NCBI GenBank assembly: GCA_965203515.1
Contig: OZ241907.1
Span: 96,001 to 160,000 of the forward strand
Origin: Spirochaetia bacterium
Lineage (GTDB): Bacteria; Spirochaetota; Spirochaetia; SZUA-6; Bin103
Direction of reading: 5' to 3'
DNA: 64,000 nucleotides
The translations under genes and the position numbers were made by a program. The notes under the pieces are model-generated. The model did no database searches. It saw nothing but the letters and a program-made list of their open reading frames with translations, and was not told the origin of the DNA. Of the stretch, positions 51,104-60,960 are shown one piece after another (the first letter of the stretch is position 1; each line of letters opens with the position of its first letter).

Positions 51104-52396
51104 ATGCGATTCCGGTTGCGGAAGGCGTCCGTCTTCATCGGCCCGGTCTTCATCGGCGCGGTCGCGTTGCTGATCGCCGCGTGCGCGCGTGAGACCGCGA
51201 ATGACGGTGACTTCGTGGCTGCGCCGGAACCGGCCGACCAGCGGGAACAGATCACGTCCTTGCAGATCCGCGTCTTCGACGAGATGTGGACCCTGTTGCG
51301 CGAGCACTACGTCTATGGCGACCTGCACGGGATCGCCTGGAACGAATTGCGGGAACGTTACCGGCCGCTGGTAGTGAATCTCCTGTCTCGGGCGGACTTC
51401 CCCGACACCGTGCGGCAGATGTTGGCCGAGCTGCCGCCGCTCGCCGCGCGGTGGGAGACGCGCGACGAGCGCATCCGCCTGGAGCTCGAAGACCCTTCCG
51501 CCTACGAAGGGATCGGCGCCTACGTCGCCTTCCGCGCAGACCCCACGCCGCGCATCATCCTGCTGTCGGTCATGCCCGGCTCGCCCGCGGATCAGGCCGG
51601 GCTCCGCCCCCACGATGCCATCACGGCGGTCAACGGCATCCCGGTACGGCGGGAGGAGGGGCCGGACGCGGTGTCGCGCATTCGCGGCCCGACCGGCGAG
51701 CCGGTGGTGCTGCGCGTCAGCTCGGTCGACCGGGCCGCGCGCGACGTGATCGTGGAACGGGGGCGCGTGGAGCTCGCGGAGGTCCTGAATCCGCTCAGCT
51801 ACGGGATGCTGGAGCCCGACCGCGTCGGCTATCTGCTGTTTCCGCGCGTCTCCTCGGAGACGCTGGTCACGGAGACGGTCGGCAGCATGCAGGCGTTCTC
51901 GGCCGCGGGAGAGGTGAGCGGCATCATCCTGGACCTGCGCATCGCCAGCGGGCTGCGGTGGCCGCTGGTGCCGCTGTTGTCGCTCTTCTCCGACGGCGAT
52001 CACGGCGATATCTACACCGCCCAGGGTGCGCAGCGCATCTCGGTCGAAGGCCAGGACCTGAACGGATCGCAGGCGGTGCCGCTGGTCGTGTTGATCGGAC
52101 CCGATACGGCGGGGTTGCCGGAAGTCCTGGCCGCTGCCCTGCAGGCGCGCCGGCGCGCCACCGTGGTCGGTCTCAGGACGCCCGGCGACGTGGAGAGCTT
52201 CGTCGACTTCGTGCTGCCGGACGGGTCGATCCTGAGCATCATGACCAGCGCCTATCGGTCGACTTCAGGACGCGAAGTCGGCCTGGACGGCGTGCAGCCC
52301 GACGTGCGGGCATCGCTCGATTGGGACGAGGTTTCCGAGCGGACCGACGCGGTCCGCAACACGGCGGTCTCCGTGCTCCGGCGCGGCGTCGGCTAG
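51104..52396 (+). CDS. S41 family peptidase-like lipoprotein with tricorn-C1-like and PDZ domains, catalytic Ser apparently absent
   Basis: Lipobox IAAC; FDEMW...Y...LHGIAW; GIG; PGSPADQAGL..D.I..VNG; IILDLR; DTAGLPE in place of xSASE; GVQPD. Confidence 0.8.
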   Translation: MRFRLRKASVFIGPVFIGAVALLIAACARETANDGDFVAAPEPADQREQITSLQIRVFDEMWTLLREHYVYGDLHGIAWNELRERYRPLVVNLLSRADFPDTVRQMLAELPPLAARWETRDERIRLELEDPSAYEGIGAYVAFRADPTPRIILLSVMPGSPADQAGLRPHDAITAVNGIPVRREEGPDAVSRIRGPTGEPVVLRVSSVDRAARDVIVERGRVELAEVLNPLSYGMLEPDRVGYLLFPRVSSETLVTETVGSMQAFSAAGEVSGIILDLRIASGLRWPLVPLLSLFSDGDHGDIYTAQGAQRISVEGQDLNGSQAVPLVVLIGPDTAGLPEVLAAALQARRRATVVGLRTPGDVESFVDFVLPDGSILSIMTSAYRSTSGREVGLDGVQPDVRASLDWDEVSERTDAVRNTAVSVLRRGVG

Positions 52397-52399
52397 GGG

Positions 52400-53719
52400 G
52401 TGGTGGCCATGCGGAGAACGGCCGTTCACGGCGCGCTCCGGACCGCCGCCGCGATCGGCGCCGCCGCAATCGGCGCCGCGCTGCTGATCGCCTGCCGGCT
52501 GCCCGATACCAGCGAGCAGAGCTGGCTGATGGGAGCCCTGGAGCGCAAGTCGGGCAAGATCGTCTACATGGGCATAGACGCCAACATCCGGGTGGCCGAT
52601 CAGGCCGGCGGCGCCGAGCAGCAGATCACGGCCGACGCTCAACGGACGGAGAACGCCGCTCGCATCTACCAGACCCCGATCTGGTCACCGGACGGCAGGC
52701 AGGTGGCGTTCGTCGGGATCGACTCGTTCCAGGGCCGCGCCTCCGGCAGGGTGGTCACCGCGCGCGCCGACGGCAGCAATGCGAAGGCGATCTCCACCGG
52801 CGGCCGCCTGCCGGCCAATCTCTACTGGTCGCCGGACAGCCGCACGCTCAGCTTCCTGACGGCCGGCCCCGGCGGCGGCGGCTTCCTGCTGCTGAGCTGG
52901 CAGCCGGCCGGCGCCGCGCCGGTGCAGACGCTCGACGCCGGCCGGCCGCTGTTCTGGAGCTGGGCGCCCGACAGCACCGGCGTGGCCGTGCACGCCGGTT
53001 CGGTGCGCAGGTCCAGCCGCCGGGTATCGTTTCTGGATGTGGGCGCGGAGGTGCTCGAGAGCGGACTGCCGGTGCAGCCGGCCCAGTTTCAGACGCCGGC
53101 GTGGTCACCGGACGGTCGGGGGGTGATGCTGGCCGCGGCGGCCGGCGACGGCGGCACCGAACTGGTGATCGCCCATCCCAAGCAGCGCGACCGACGCGAG
53201 GTGGTCGCCACCGCGCGCGGCGCGGTCACCTTCCTCTGGTCGCCGGACGGCGCGTCGATCGGCTACCTCACCCGCCGCGAAGAGGTCGAATCGATTGTGA
53301 GCCGGCTGCACCTGCGCGACGTGGCGACCGGCGCCGAGGCGACGCTGGAAGAGGACGGCGTGATCGCCTTCTTCTGGTCGCCCGACTCCAGGTCGGTCGC
53401 CTACTTCGTTCCGTCGGTGATCTCCCGGAACGAGGGCAGCGACCAGGCCCTGGTGCTCACGCTGCGCGTCTATGACCGCGAGCGGCGCTCGTCGGTCGAC
53501 ATCGAGACGTTCGTGCCCACGCCGCAGTTCGCGGCGGTGATCCGCGTCTTCGACCAGTACGGTCAGGCGGCGCGCATCTGGTCCCCGGACAGCCGCAACG
53601 TCGTGTACGCCGCGCTCACCGATGATGCCGGCCCCTCCATCATGGTGGCGCGGGCGGCGGGCAACCTGGTGCCGCGCAAGATGGCGCGGGGGCTGATAGG
53701 ATTCTGGTCATGGCAGTGA
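52400..53719 (+). CDS. TolB-like PD40 beta-propeller lipoprotein
   Basis: Lipobox LIAC; repeated WSPD(G/S) motifs. Confidence 0.85.
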   Translation: MVAMRRTAVHGALRTAAAIGAAAIGAALLIACRLPDTSEQSWLMGALERKSGKIVYMGIDANIRVADQAGGAEQQITADAQRTENAARIYQTPIWSPDGRQVAFVGIDSFQGRASGRVVTARADGSNAKAISTGGRLPANLYWSPDSRTLSFLTAGPGGGGFLLLSWQPAGAAPVQTLDAGRPLFWSWAPDSTGVAVHAGSVRRSSRRVSFLDVGAEVLESGLPVQPAQFQTPAWSPDGRGVMLAAAAGDGGTELVIAHPKQRDRREVVATARGAVTFLWSPDGASIGYLTRREEVESIVSRLHLRDVATGAEATLEEDGVIAFFWSPDSRSVAYFVPSVISRNEGSDQALVLTLRVYDRERRSSVDIETFVPTPQFAAVIRVFDQYGQAARIWSPDSRNVVYAALTDDAGPSIMVARAAGNLVPRKMARGLIGFWSWQ

Positions 53720-55112
53720 CGGCCGCGCGGTGCGCGGGCGCACGGTGCGCGGACGCGCGGCTCGCGGGCGCGCGGCGGACCGGCGGCGATCGCCGCGGTC
53801 GGACCCGGCGGCATGCGCTCTGGCTGCTGCCGCTGGCGGCCGCCCTGCTGGTCTCCTGCTCGGTGCGCGGGGCGCAGATGTCGCAGAGCTCGCTGCTGGA
53901 GCGCTTCGAACGCCGGTCCGGGCTGATCGCGTTCATCGCGCTGGACGGCAACATCGCCACACCGACCAGACCGGCGACCGGCTCACGCAGCTCACCGACG
54001 ACGCCGGCAGCCGCGAAGGGGTGCGCCGCTGGTACACGTCGCCCACGTGGTCGGCGCGCGGACGCCGACTCGCCTTCGTCCGGTTCGATCAGCTCCGGGA
54101 CGGCAGCCTCCGCGGGGCGGTGCTCACCACCGACAACGCCTCGCGCAATCCGCAGGTGGTGTGGGAGAGCGATCAGCTCGCGCCGGTCTACCTGTACTGG
54201 TCCCCCGACAGTCGCTGGATCAGCGTGCTGTCGCAGCGCACCGCGGAGGACGGCATGGAGTTGGGCCTGGTCGACCCCTCCGGCCGGCTGAGCTACAAGC
54301 CGCTCGATACCGGGCTGCCGCTGTACTGGGCGTGGGACCCGGACAACCGCTTCATGCTGGCGCACGTCGGCGGCGGCACCGCGTCGGGCGGCCGGCTCAC
54401 GCTGCTGGACGTCCGCGGGGCGACCGGGAAGCGCAACTTCAACGTGCGCCCGACCCGCTTCCAGTCTCCGCAGGTCTCCCCGGACGGCGAGCGCATGCTG
54501 TACGTGGACAGCGAGTCGGGGTCGGCCCAGCTCGTGCTGCGCGACATCGAAGGACCGGGCCTGGACGTGCTCAAGACCGTCTCCGGCAGCGCCTTCTTCA
54601 GCTTCTCCCGCGACGGCCGCCGCGTCGCCGTCATGGAGTCGCCGTCTCCGCAGCTGTCGGCCGACGGGACCTTGCGCGTCCTGGAACCGCGCCGGCTGGA
54701 GCGCTCGGTGGAGCTGGAAGACCCGTCGGTGGTCGCCTTCTTCTGGGCGCCCGACAGCCGGCGCATCGCCTATCTGATACCGGTACGGCCCGACGGCCGG
54801 CAACTGATGGTGGAGCCGGAGTTCGCTGCCGACCCGGAGCAGGTCTACGTGCGCCTGCGAGTGATGGACGCCCGCTCCGGCGACGCCTGGGACGTCGCCA
54901 CCTTCCCGATCACGAACGGCAGTCTGAGCGGCCTGCAGTTCTTCGATCAGTACGCGCGCTCAGGGAACATCTGGTCGCCGGACGGCAACTGGCTGGTCTT
55001 CTCCGCGGTCGCGCGCGGCGGCTTCCCGGGCATATTCCTGGGATCGGCGTCGGGCAACCTCAAGCCCCGTTTCGTCACCCGCGGCGACCTGGGAGCGTGG
55101 TCGACCCGATGA
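53710..55112 (+). CDS. TolB-like PD40 beta-propeller lipoprotein, paralogue with apparent 1-bp frameshift near 53960
   Basis: Lipobox LVSC in frame 53710 and WSPD repeats in frame 53730. One added C restores NIATTDQTG, collinear with the upstream paralogue. Confidence 0.8.
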
Positions 55113-55152
55113 CGGTCCGCTCCCCCGACGCATCCCCGATGCCACGCCAAGC

Positions 55153-56514
55153 ATGCGCACCAGCCTCAGTACCCGCCTGATCGACGTTCTGCGCAACGTC
55201 ACCGGGCGCAAGCAGCTCACGGAACGAAACGTCCGGGACGCCGTCGCCGAGATCAGGAACGCCCTGCTCGAAGCCGACGTGAACGTGCGGGTGGTGCGCC
55301 GTTTCGTCAACCGGACGGTGGAAGAAGCGGTCGGCGACCGGCGCGTGTCAGGGGTTTCGGCCGCCGACCAGTTCACCCGCACGGTCCAGCAGCGCCTCAC
55401 GGAGATGCTCGGCGGTGACGATGCCGGGCTCGACCTGCGCGGCCTGCGGTCGCCGGCGACGATCCTCATGGTCGGCCTGCAGGGTTCCGGCAAGACCACC
55501 ACCGCGGCCAAGCTGGCCCGCAGGCTGGCCGCCGACGGCCGCCGACCGCTGTTGATCGCCGCCGACCGCGCGCGACCGGCGGCCGTCGAGCAGTTGGCGC
55601 TGCTCGGCCGCACGATCGGGGTCGACGTCTTTACCGCCGCCGGACTCCGTGGAGCGGATGGGGCGGCCAGGGTGACCCGGGAGGGGATCGAGCACGCGCG
55701 GCGCAGCGGCCATGACGTGATCATCGTCGACACCTCGGGCCGCAGTCAGGCTGACGAAGCGCTGATGCGGGAGCTGGAGCAGGTACGGTCGGTGCTGCGC
55801 CCCGATCGCACCTTGCTGGTCGCCGACGCGATGACCGGGCAGGCCGCGGCGACGGTCGCGCGCGGCTTCGATGAGCGCATCGGCATCACCGGCGCCATCC
55901 TGTCCAAGACCGACTCGGACGCTCGCGGCGGCGCGGCCCTGTCGATGAAGGGCGTCACCGGCAAGCCGGTCTGCTTCATCGGCACCGGGGAGCGGCTGGA
56001 GGACCTCGAGCCGTTTCACGCCGAGCGCTTCGCCGGACAGATACTGGGCATGGGCGACGTCGTCAGCCTGGTGGAAAAGGCCGAGCAGGTGATCGACCAG
56101 CGGCAGGCGGAACGGACGCTGCGGCGCGTGCGTTCGAACACGCTGACGCTGGCCGACTACCTGGAGCAGATGCGCGGCCTGCGCAAGATGGGCGATCTGG
56201 AAGCGCTGATCGACAAGATCCCGGGCGCGCGCGCGGCGGTGGCGGAGGGCGCGATCGACGAGCGGGTACTGCGCGCCGAAGAGGCCATGATATTGTCGAT
56301 GACCCCGGCCGAACGGGAGAATCATCGGATCCTGGGCCCGTCACGGCGGCGCCGGGTGGCGCGGGGAAGCGGTACGACCGTGTCGGCGGTCAGCCGATTC
56401 CTGAAGAAATTCGACAAGATGTCGGCGACCATGCGGAAGATGGCTCGAGGCGGCGCCGCCAGCGGAGTGAAACCCGCCCGCGCCGCCCGCGGTCTTCGGC
56501 GGCGCAGCCGCTGA
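55153..56514 (+). CDS. ffh: Signal recognition particle protein Ffh
   Basis: [42 protein letters not shown] domain SMTPAER. Confidence 0.96.
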   Translation: MRTSLSTRLIDVLRNVTGRKQLTERNVRDAVAEIRNALLEADVNVRVVRRFVNRTVEEAVGDRRVSGVSAADQFTRTVQQRLTEMLGGDDAGLDLRGLRSPATILMVGLQGSGKTTTAAKLARRLAADGRRPLLIAADRARPAAVEQLALLGRTIGVDVFTAAGLRGADGAARVTREGIEHARRSGHDVIIVDTSGRSQADEALMRELEQVRSVLRPDRTLLVADAMTGQAAATVARGFDERIGITGAILSKTDSDARGGAALSMKGVTGKPVCFIGTGERLEDLEPFHAERFAGQILGMGDVVSLVEKAEQVIDQRQAERTLRRVRSNTLTLADYLEQMRGLRKMGDLEALIDKIPGARAAVAEGAIDERVLRAEEAMILSMTPAERENHRILGPSRRRRVARGSGTTVSAVSRFLKKFDKMSATMRKMARGGAASGVKPARAARGLRRRSR

Positions 56515-56540
56515 CCCGATACTACAGCAGGAGCGAACAG

Positions 56541-56855
56541 ATGAGCGTAGCGATCCGACTCAAGCGACGAGGGACGAGGAACCGTCCATTCTACCGGGTC
56601 GTCGTGATCGACTCGCGGCGGCCGCGCGACGGCAGGGTGATCGAAGAGGTCGGCCGCTATCAGCCGACCGAACCCGAGGGCGCGCAGGCGACCCTCGACG
56701 AAGCGCGCGTGCGCGATTGGATCGGCAAGGGCGCCCGACCGTCGCCAACCGTGCGGCGCATTCTCAACAGCCAGGCGCGCGGCCGAACCCCGGTGTCCGA
56801 GGACGGACAGACCCCGGTGTCCGAGGACGGACCGGCCCCCGCGTCCGAGGAGTGA
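56541..56855 (+). CDS. rpsP: 30S ribosomal protein S16
   Basis: [28 protein letters not shown]. Confidence 0.96.
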   Translation: MSVAIRLKRRGTRNRPFYRVVVIDSRRPRDGRVIEEVGRYQPTEPEGAQATLDEARVRDWIGKGARPSPTVRRILNSQARGRTPVSEDGQTPVSEDGPAPASEE

Positions 56856-56872
56856 CTCGGTGGAGGTGAACG

Positions 56873-57106
56873 ATGGAAAGGGAGTTGGTGGAGTTCGTCG
56901 CTCGCGCCCTGGTGGACGACCCTGACGGGGTAGAGGTCACCGTGGTCGAAGGCGAAAAGTCGACGATCGTGGAGTTGAAGGTCGCCGACGGCGACCTGGG
57001 CAAGGTCATCGGCAAGCAGGGCCGGATCGCCAAGGCGATCCGCACCATCCTCAGCGCCGCCGGCACCAAGACCGGCAAGCGGGTGGTGCTCGAGATCATC
57101 GACTGA
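56873..57106 (+). CDS. khpA: KH-domain RNA-binding protein KhpA
   Basis: [24 protein letters not shown]; located between rpsP and rimM. Confidence 0.93.
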   Translation: MERELVEFVARALVDDPDGVEVTVVEGEKSTIVELKVADGDLGKVIGKQGRIAKAIRTILSAAGTKTGKRVVLEIID

Positions 57107-57115
57107 GCCGCCCCC

Positions 57116-57652
57116 ATGTGCGGGGAAGCCGTGCGCCGCGCGCGGCAACGGCAGCTCATCGCGGTGGGCCGCGTCCGGCGCGCGCACGGCGTGCACGGCT
57201 TCGTGCGCTTCGAGAGCCTCTCCGGAGAGATCGGTCACTTTCCGTCGATGCGGCAGGTGGAGCTTCGCGGCCGCGGCCGGCCGGCGCGCCGCTACGTCGT
57301 GGAGTCGTTCCGGCTGGGCGCGCCGACGCTGCTGATGAAGCTCGGCGGCGTCGACGACCGTGACGCCGCCGCCGAGCTCGCCGGCCGCGAGATCTGGGTC
57401 GACCGACGATACGCGGCGCCGCTGGGACCCGACGAGTATTATCTGGCCGATCTGACCGGCTGCGAGTTGTACCGGAACGGCCGGATGATCGGCACGGTGC
57501 GCGCGGTGCTGGAGGCGGGCGCCGGCGATCTGCTGGAGGCGATCGGCGCCGACGGCCGGACCATGCTGATCCCGTTTCGCCGCCGGTACGTGCGGTCGAC
57601 CGATGTCGACGCCGGCGTCATCGAGCTGGCCGGCGACGCCGGCGTGGAATGA
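57116..57652 (+). CDS. rimM: Ribosome maturation factor RimM
   Basis: VGRV..AHGVHG, EYYLADLTG, LIPF; operon context. Confidence 0.92.
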   Translation: MCGEAVRRARQRQLIAVGRVRRAHGVHGFVRFESLSGEIGHFPSMRQVELRGRGRPARRYVVESFRLGAPTLLMKLGGVDDRDAAAELAGREIWVDRRYAAPLGPDEYYLADLTGCELYRNGRMIGTVRAVLEAGAGDLLEAIGADGRTMLIPFRRRYVRSTDVDAGVIELAGDAGVE

Positions 57653-58347
57653 CGTTCACCGTCCTGACGCTCTTTCCGGAGCTGTTGACCCCGTTCGTGA
57701 CGACGTCGATCATCGGCCGCGCCATCGAGCGCGGCCTGATCGACGTCGAGACCGTCGACATCCGCGACTTTGCCGATGACCCGCACCACACCTGCGATGA
57801 CAGTCCGTACGGAGGCGGCGCGGGCATGGTGTTGAAGGCGGAGCCGGTCGGCAACGCGATCGAATCGGTGCTGCGCCGGCGCGCGGCCCGGCCGCGCACC
57901 GTCTACCTTACGGCGGGCGGCGCGCCGTTCGACCGCGATCTGGCGCGCCGCTGGGCGGCGGAGGGGCGGGAGCTGCTGCTGCTGGCCGGCCGGTACGAGG
58001 GGGTCGACCAGCGGGCCGTCGATCTGTTCGTGGACGACGAGGTGTCGATCGGGGACTACGTGCTGATCGGGGGAGAAGTGGCGGCGATGGTGGTGATGGA
58101 GGCGGTGGCGCGGCTGGTGCCGGGAGTGATCCAGGCGGCGTCGCTCGCCGAGGAGAGTTTCGAGGGCGACGTGCTCGAATATCCGCAGTACACTCGACCT
58201 GCGGTCTTCCGCGGCGTGGCGGTACCGCCGGTACTGCTGTCGGGGGACCATGCGCGGATCAGGGAGTGGCGTCGCGTCCAGGCGGCGGAGCGAACGTCCC
58301 GCCTGCGGCCGGACTTGGTGCGAAGGAGCGAACGATGCAGCAACTGA
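57649..58347 (+). CDS. trmD: tRNA (guanine-N1)-methyltransferase
   Basis: [42 protein letters not shown]. Confidence 0.96.
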   Translation: MTFTVLTLFPELLTPFVTTSIIGRAIERGLIDVETVDIRDFADDPHHTCDDSPYGGGAGMVLKAEPVGNAIESVLRRRAARPRTVYLTAGGAPFDRDLARRWAAEGRELLLLAGRYEGVDQRAVDLFVDDEVSIGDYVLIGGEVAAMVVMEAVARLVPGVIQAASLAEESFEGDVLEYPQYTRPAVFRGVAVPPVLLSGDHARIREWRRVQAAERTSRLRPDLVRRSERCSN

Positions 58348-58691
58348 TACGGGAGATCGAGACCGAGCAGACGCGGTCTCATGCGACGGAGTTCGGGATC
58401 GGCGACTCGGTGCGCATCCACTTCAAGATCATCGAGGGCAGGAACGAGCGGACGCAGGTGTTCGAAGGGACCTGCATCGCGCGCAAGGGATCGGGCGTCA
58501 GCGCAACCTTTACGGTCCGCAAGATCTCCTACGGTGTGGGCGTGGAGCGGGTCTTCCCGCTGCATTCGCCCAAGATCGCCAAGATCGAGGTCTCGCGCCG
58601 CGGCCGCGTGCGCCGGGCCAAGCTCTTCTATCTGCGCGACCGGGTCGGCAAGGCGGCGAAGGTGCCCGAACGCCGCGTCCGCAAGCGGTAG
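58335..58691 (+). CDS. rplS: 50S ribosomal protein L19
   Basis: AAGGAG before ATG 58335; [31 protein letters not shown]. Confidence 0.96.
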   Translation: MQQLIREIETEQTRSHATEFGIGDSVRIHFKIIEGRNERTQVFEGTCIARKGSGVSATFTVRKISYGVGVERVFPLHSPKIAKIEVSRRGRVRRAKLFYLRDRVGKAAKVPERRVRKR

Positions 58692-58780
58692 GCGGCTCGC
58701 CGGCCGCCGGCGCGATTCGCCGCGACCGGTGAAACGGAACGAGCGCCGCGAAACCCGCGCTCCATTATTGACGATACTGT

Positions 58781-59218
58781 ATGCAAGATGTGCCGACCGG
58801 TGGATCGGCGCGGGCCGCGGCTGCGGCGCGCCGGAGCGATCGACAGGACCGACTCAACAGTGTCGAGAAGGGCAGGATCGGCGAGCGGCGGGCCGCCGCG
58901 TTCCTGCAGGAGCGCGGCTATCGCGTCGTCGAGCGCAACGTGCGCACGCGCGCCGGAGAGATCGATCTCATCGCGCGCGCGGGCGACCGTATCGTGTTCC
59001 TCGAGGTCAAGGCGTGGGGCAGCTTCGGCGCCTCCGACTTGGCGGCGGTCGTGAACGACCGCAAGCGGCTGCGGATCGCGCGCGCGGCGGCGGCGTTTCT
59101 GGCCGCCAACCCGCGCTATGGCGGGCTGCGGCCCCGTTTCGACGTCCTGCTGTTGCGCGCGGGGCAGCCGCCACTGCATCTGCAGTCGGCATTCGGCGCC
59201 GACGGCGGGCTGCTGTGA
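58781..59218 (+). CDS. yraN: YraN family protein
   Basis: GRIGE..AA.FL...GY....RN....GEIDLI......FLEVK, RFDV. Start uncertain. Confidence 0.88.
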   Translation: MQDVPTGGSARAAAAARRSDRQDRLNSVEKGRIGERRAAAFLQERGYRVVERNVRTRAGEIDLIARAGDRIVFLEVKAWGSFGASDLAAVVNDRKRLRIARAAAAFLAANPRYGGLRPRFDVLLLRAGQPPLHLQSAFGADGGLL

Positions 59219-59355
59219 CGCCGTCCGGCAGGCGCCGCGTCACCCGGCTCGCCGGGCTGCGCAGCAAGATCCGCGACTCGCGATACCTGGAGCGCGCCAT
59301 CCGCTACGTGGCGCAACTCCTGATCGACGGTGCGTCGCGGGCTCCCCGCAAGTGA
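59215..59355 (+). CDS. Small hypothetical protein (46 aa)
   Basis: GTGA overlaps on both sides; LRSKIRDSRYLERAIRYVAQLL amphipathic helix. Confidence 0.55.
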   Translation: MTPSGRRRVTRLAGLRSKIRDSRYLERAIRYVAQLLIDGASRAPRK

Positions 59356-59654
59356 ACCGTCCCGCGCCGCTCTGCCCGCTCTGCCTGGAGTCGGTGGACG
59401 ATCTGCTGCACGCGCTGGCGCATCCGGACACCGGGGCGCCGGCCCACTTCGAGTGCGTAGTGCGCGAGATCAGCCAAGGGGAGCGCCTGGAGCCGGGCGA
59501 GCAGGTCTGCTACGTGGGCGGCGGCGTCTTCGGCATCGTGCGCGCCGGCCGCGGGCGTCGCGGCGCCCGCATCCGCAAGCGCATCCCGTACGAGCCGGAG
59601 AGCGTGCCGCCGCAGTGGCGCAGCGAGCAGATCCGCCGCCTGCCGAACCGGTGA
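59352..59654 (+). CDS. Hypothetical protein with CxxC...HxxC zinc-binding motif
   Basis: CPLC...AHFEC, E...YVGGGVFGIV...I.YE; GTG start at 59352. Confidence 0.7.
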   Translation: MNRPAPLCPLCLESVDDLLHALAHPDTGAPAHFECVVREISQGERLEPGEQVCYVGGGVFGIVRAGRGRRGARIRKRIPYEPESVPPQWRSEQIRRLPNR

Positions 59655-59686
59655 TCGGACCTCGCCGCAAACGGTCCGGCGCGGCG

Positions 59687-59716
59687 TTGACAACCATGCA
59701 CGGTTCGCCATAGCTT
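59687..59716 (+). promoter_or_regulatory. Putative sigma70 promoter for rpmF-acpP-rnc
   Basis: TTGACA-18 bp-TAGCTT. Confidence 0.45.
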
Positions 59717-59734
59717 CCCCTGCACAGGACCGAG

Positions 59735-59923
59735 ATGGCTGTTCCCGCGCGCAAGACTTCCAAATCCCGCAGCCGGCGGCGCCGCGCCGTCAACATGCGG
59801 GTGAAGGCACCGTCGATCATCGAATGCGGCACCTGCGGCAATCGGGTCCTGCGGCACCGGGTATGTCCGAAGTGCGGGCACTATCGCGGCAAGCCGGTGC
59901 TGGAAACGGCGGAGATCGCCTGA
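59735..59923 (+). CDS. rpmF: 50S ribosomal protein L32
   Basis: MAVPARKTSKSR, C..CG....HRVC..CG.Y. Confidence 0.96.
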   Translation: MAVPARKTSKSRSRRRRAVNMRVKAPSIIECGTCGNRVLRHRVCPKCGHYRGKPVLETAEIA

Positions 59924-59954
59924 CACCGAACCCCTCCCTGGAGGCGCTGCAAAC

Positions 59955-60194
59955 ATGGATGCTGAACTCTTCGACAAGATGAAGAAGCTGATCGCGGACC
60001 GGCTCGAGATCGAGGAGGACAAGATCACCCTCGAATCTTCCTTCCGGCAGGATCTGGGCGCCGACAGTCTGGACACCTACGAGCTCGTCTACGCGATCGA
60101 GGAAGAGTTGGGCATCACCATCCCCGATGAGAAGGCCAACGAGTTCGAGACCGTGAAGGACGCGCTGGCCTACATCGAGTCGCAGATCAAGTAG
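59955..60194 (+). CDS. acpP: Acyl carrier protein
   Basis: DLGADSLD phosphopantetheine site. Confidence 0.96.
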   Translation: MDAELFDKMKKLIADRLEIEEDKITLESSFRQDLGADSLDTYELVYAIEEELGITIPDEKANEFETVKDALAYIESQIK

Positions 60195-60214
60195 AGTTCG
60201 TCACGTAGAGGTCC

Positions 60215-60960
60215 TTGCACCGGTAGCGCCGGCCCGCCGCGCCGATCTGCGTTCCCTGCAGCGACGGATCGGGGTTCGCTTCCGCGATGAGCGGCTCCTG
60301 GACATGGCCCTCTGTCACCGCTCCCATACCGCCGAGACCGGCGCGTCAAGCAACGAGCGGCTCGAGTTCCTGGGCGACGCGGTGCTGGGACTGGTGGTCA
60401 GCCAGTGGGTCTACCGCCGGCTCGACGGCCGACCGGAAGGAGACTTGGCGCGCGTCAAGTCGGTGGTGGTGAGCGAGGAGAGCCTGGCGCGGATCGCCCG
60501 GCAGATCGCGGTCGACCGGCATCTGCTGCTCGGCCGCGGTGAGGAGCGCTCCGGCGGCCGCGGCAAGAGCGCCCTGCTGGCGGACGCGCTGGAAGCGCTC
60601 ATCGGCGCCTGCTATCTCGACTCCGGATTGCGCGCCGCCGAGCGGCTCATCGAGTGCGCCTTCGCCGAGGAGTTCGACGACGTGATCGCCGGCCACCGCC
60701 AGGACTACAAGACGTTGTTGCAGGAGCTGTGTCAGAAGCGCTTTCGCGCGTTTCCCAAGTACCGCGTCAACGATCGGCGCGGCCCCGACCACGATCGGAC
60801 CTTCTCGATCGACGTGGTGGTCGACGGCCGGCCGTACGGCCCGGCGGAGGGAAGGAGCAAGAAGCAGGCCGAGCAGCGCGTGGCGCGCATCGCTTACGCG
60901 GAGCTCGCCGGCAGGGAGGACGGCGGCAGGGAGGGCGCCCGCCCGCCCGCCGCCGACTGA
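60215..60960 (+). CDS. rnc: Ribonuclease III (start upstream of ATG 60304, uncertain)
   Basis: NERLEFLGDAVL, ADALEALIGA, dsRBD DYKTLLQE...GPDH...SKKQAEQ. The conserved first helix lies upstream of the first in-frame ATG. Confidence 0.93.

Noticed and set aside
49225..53475. 676-aa minus and 729-aa plus alternative ORFs over the FtsH/S41/TolB cluster
   Set aside because: No recognisable motifs and fully overlapping well-supported genes.
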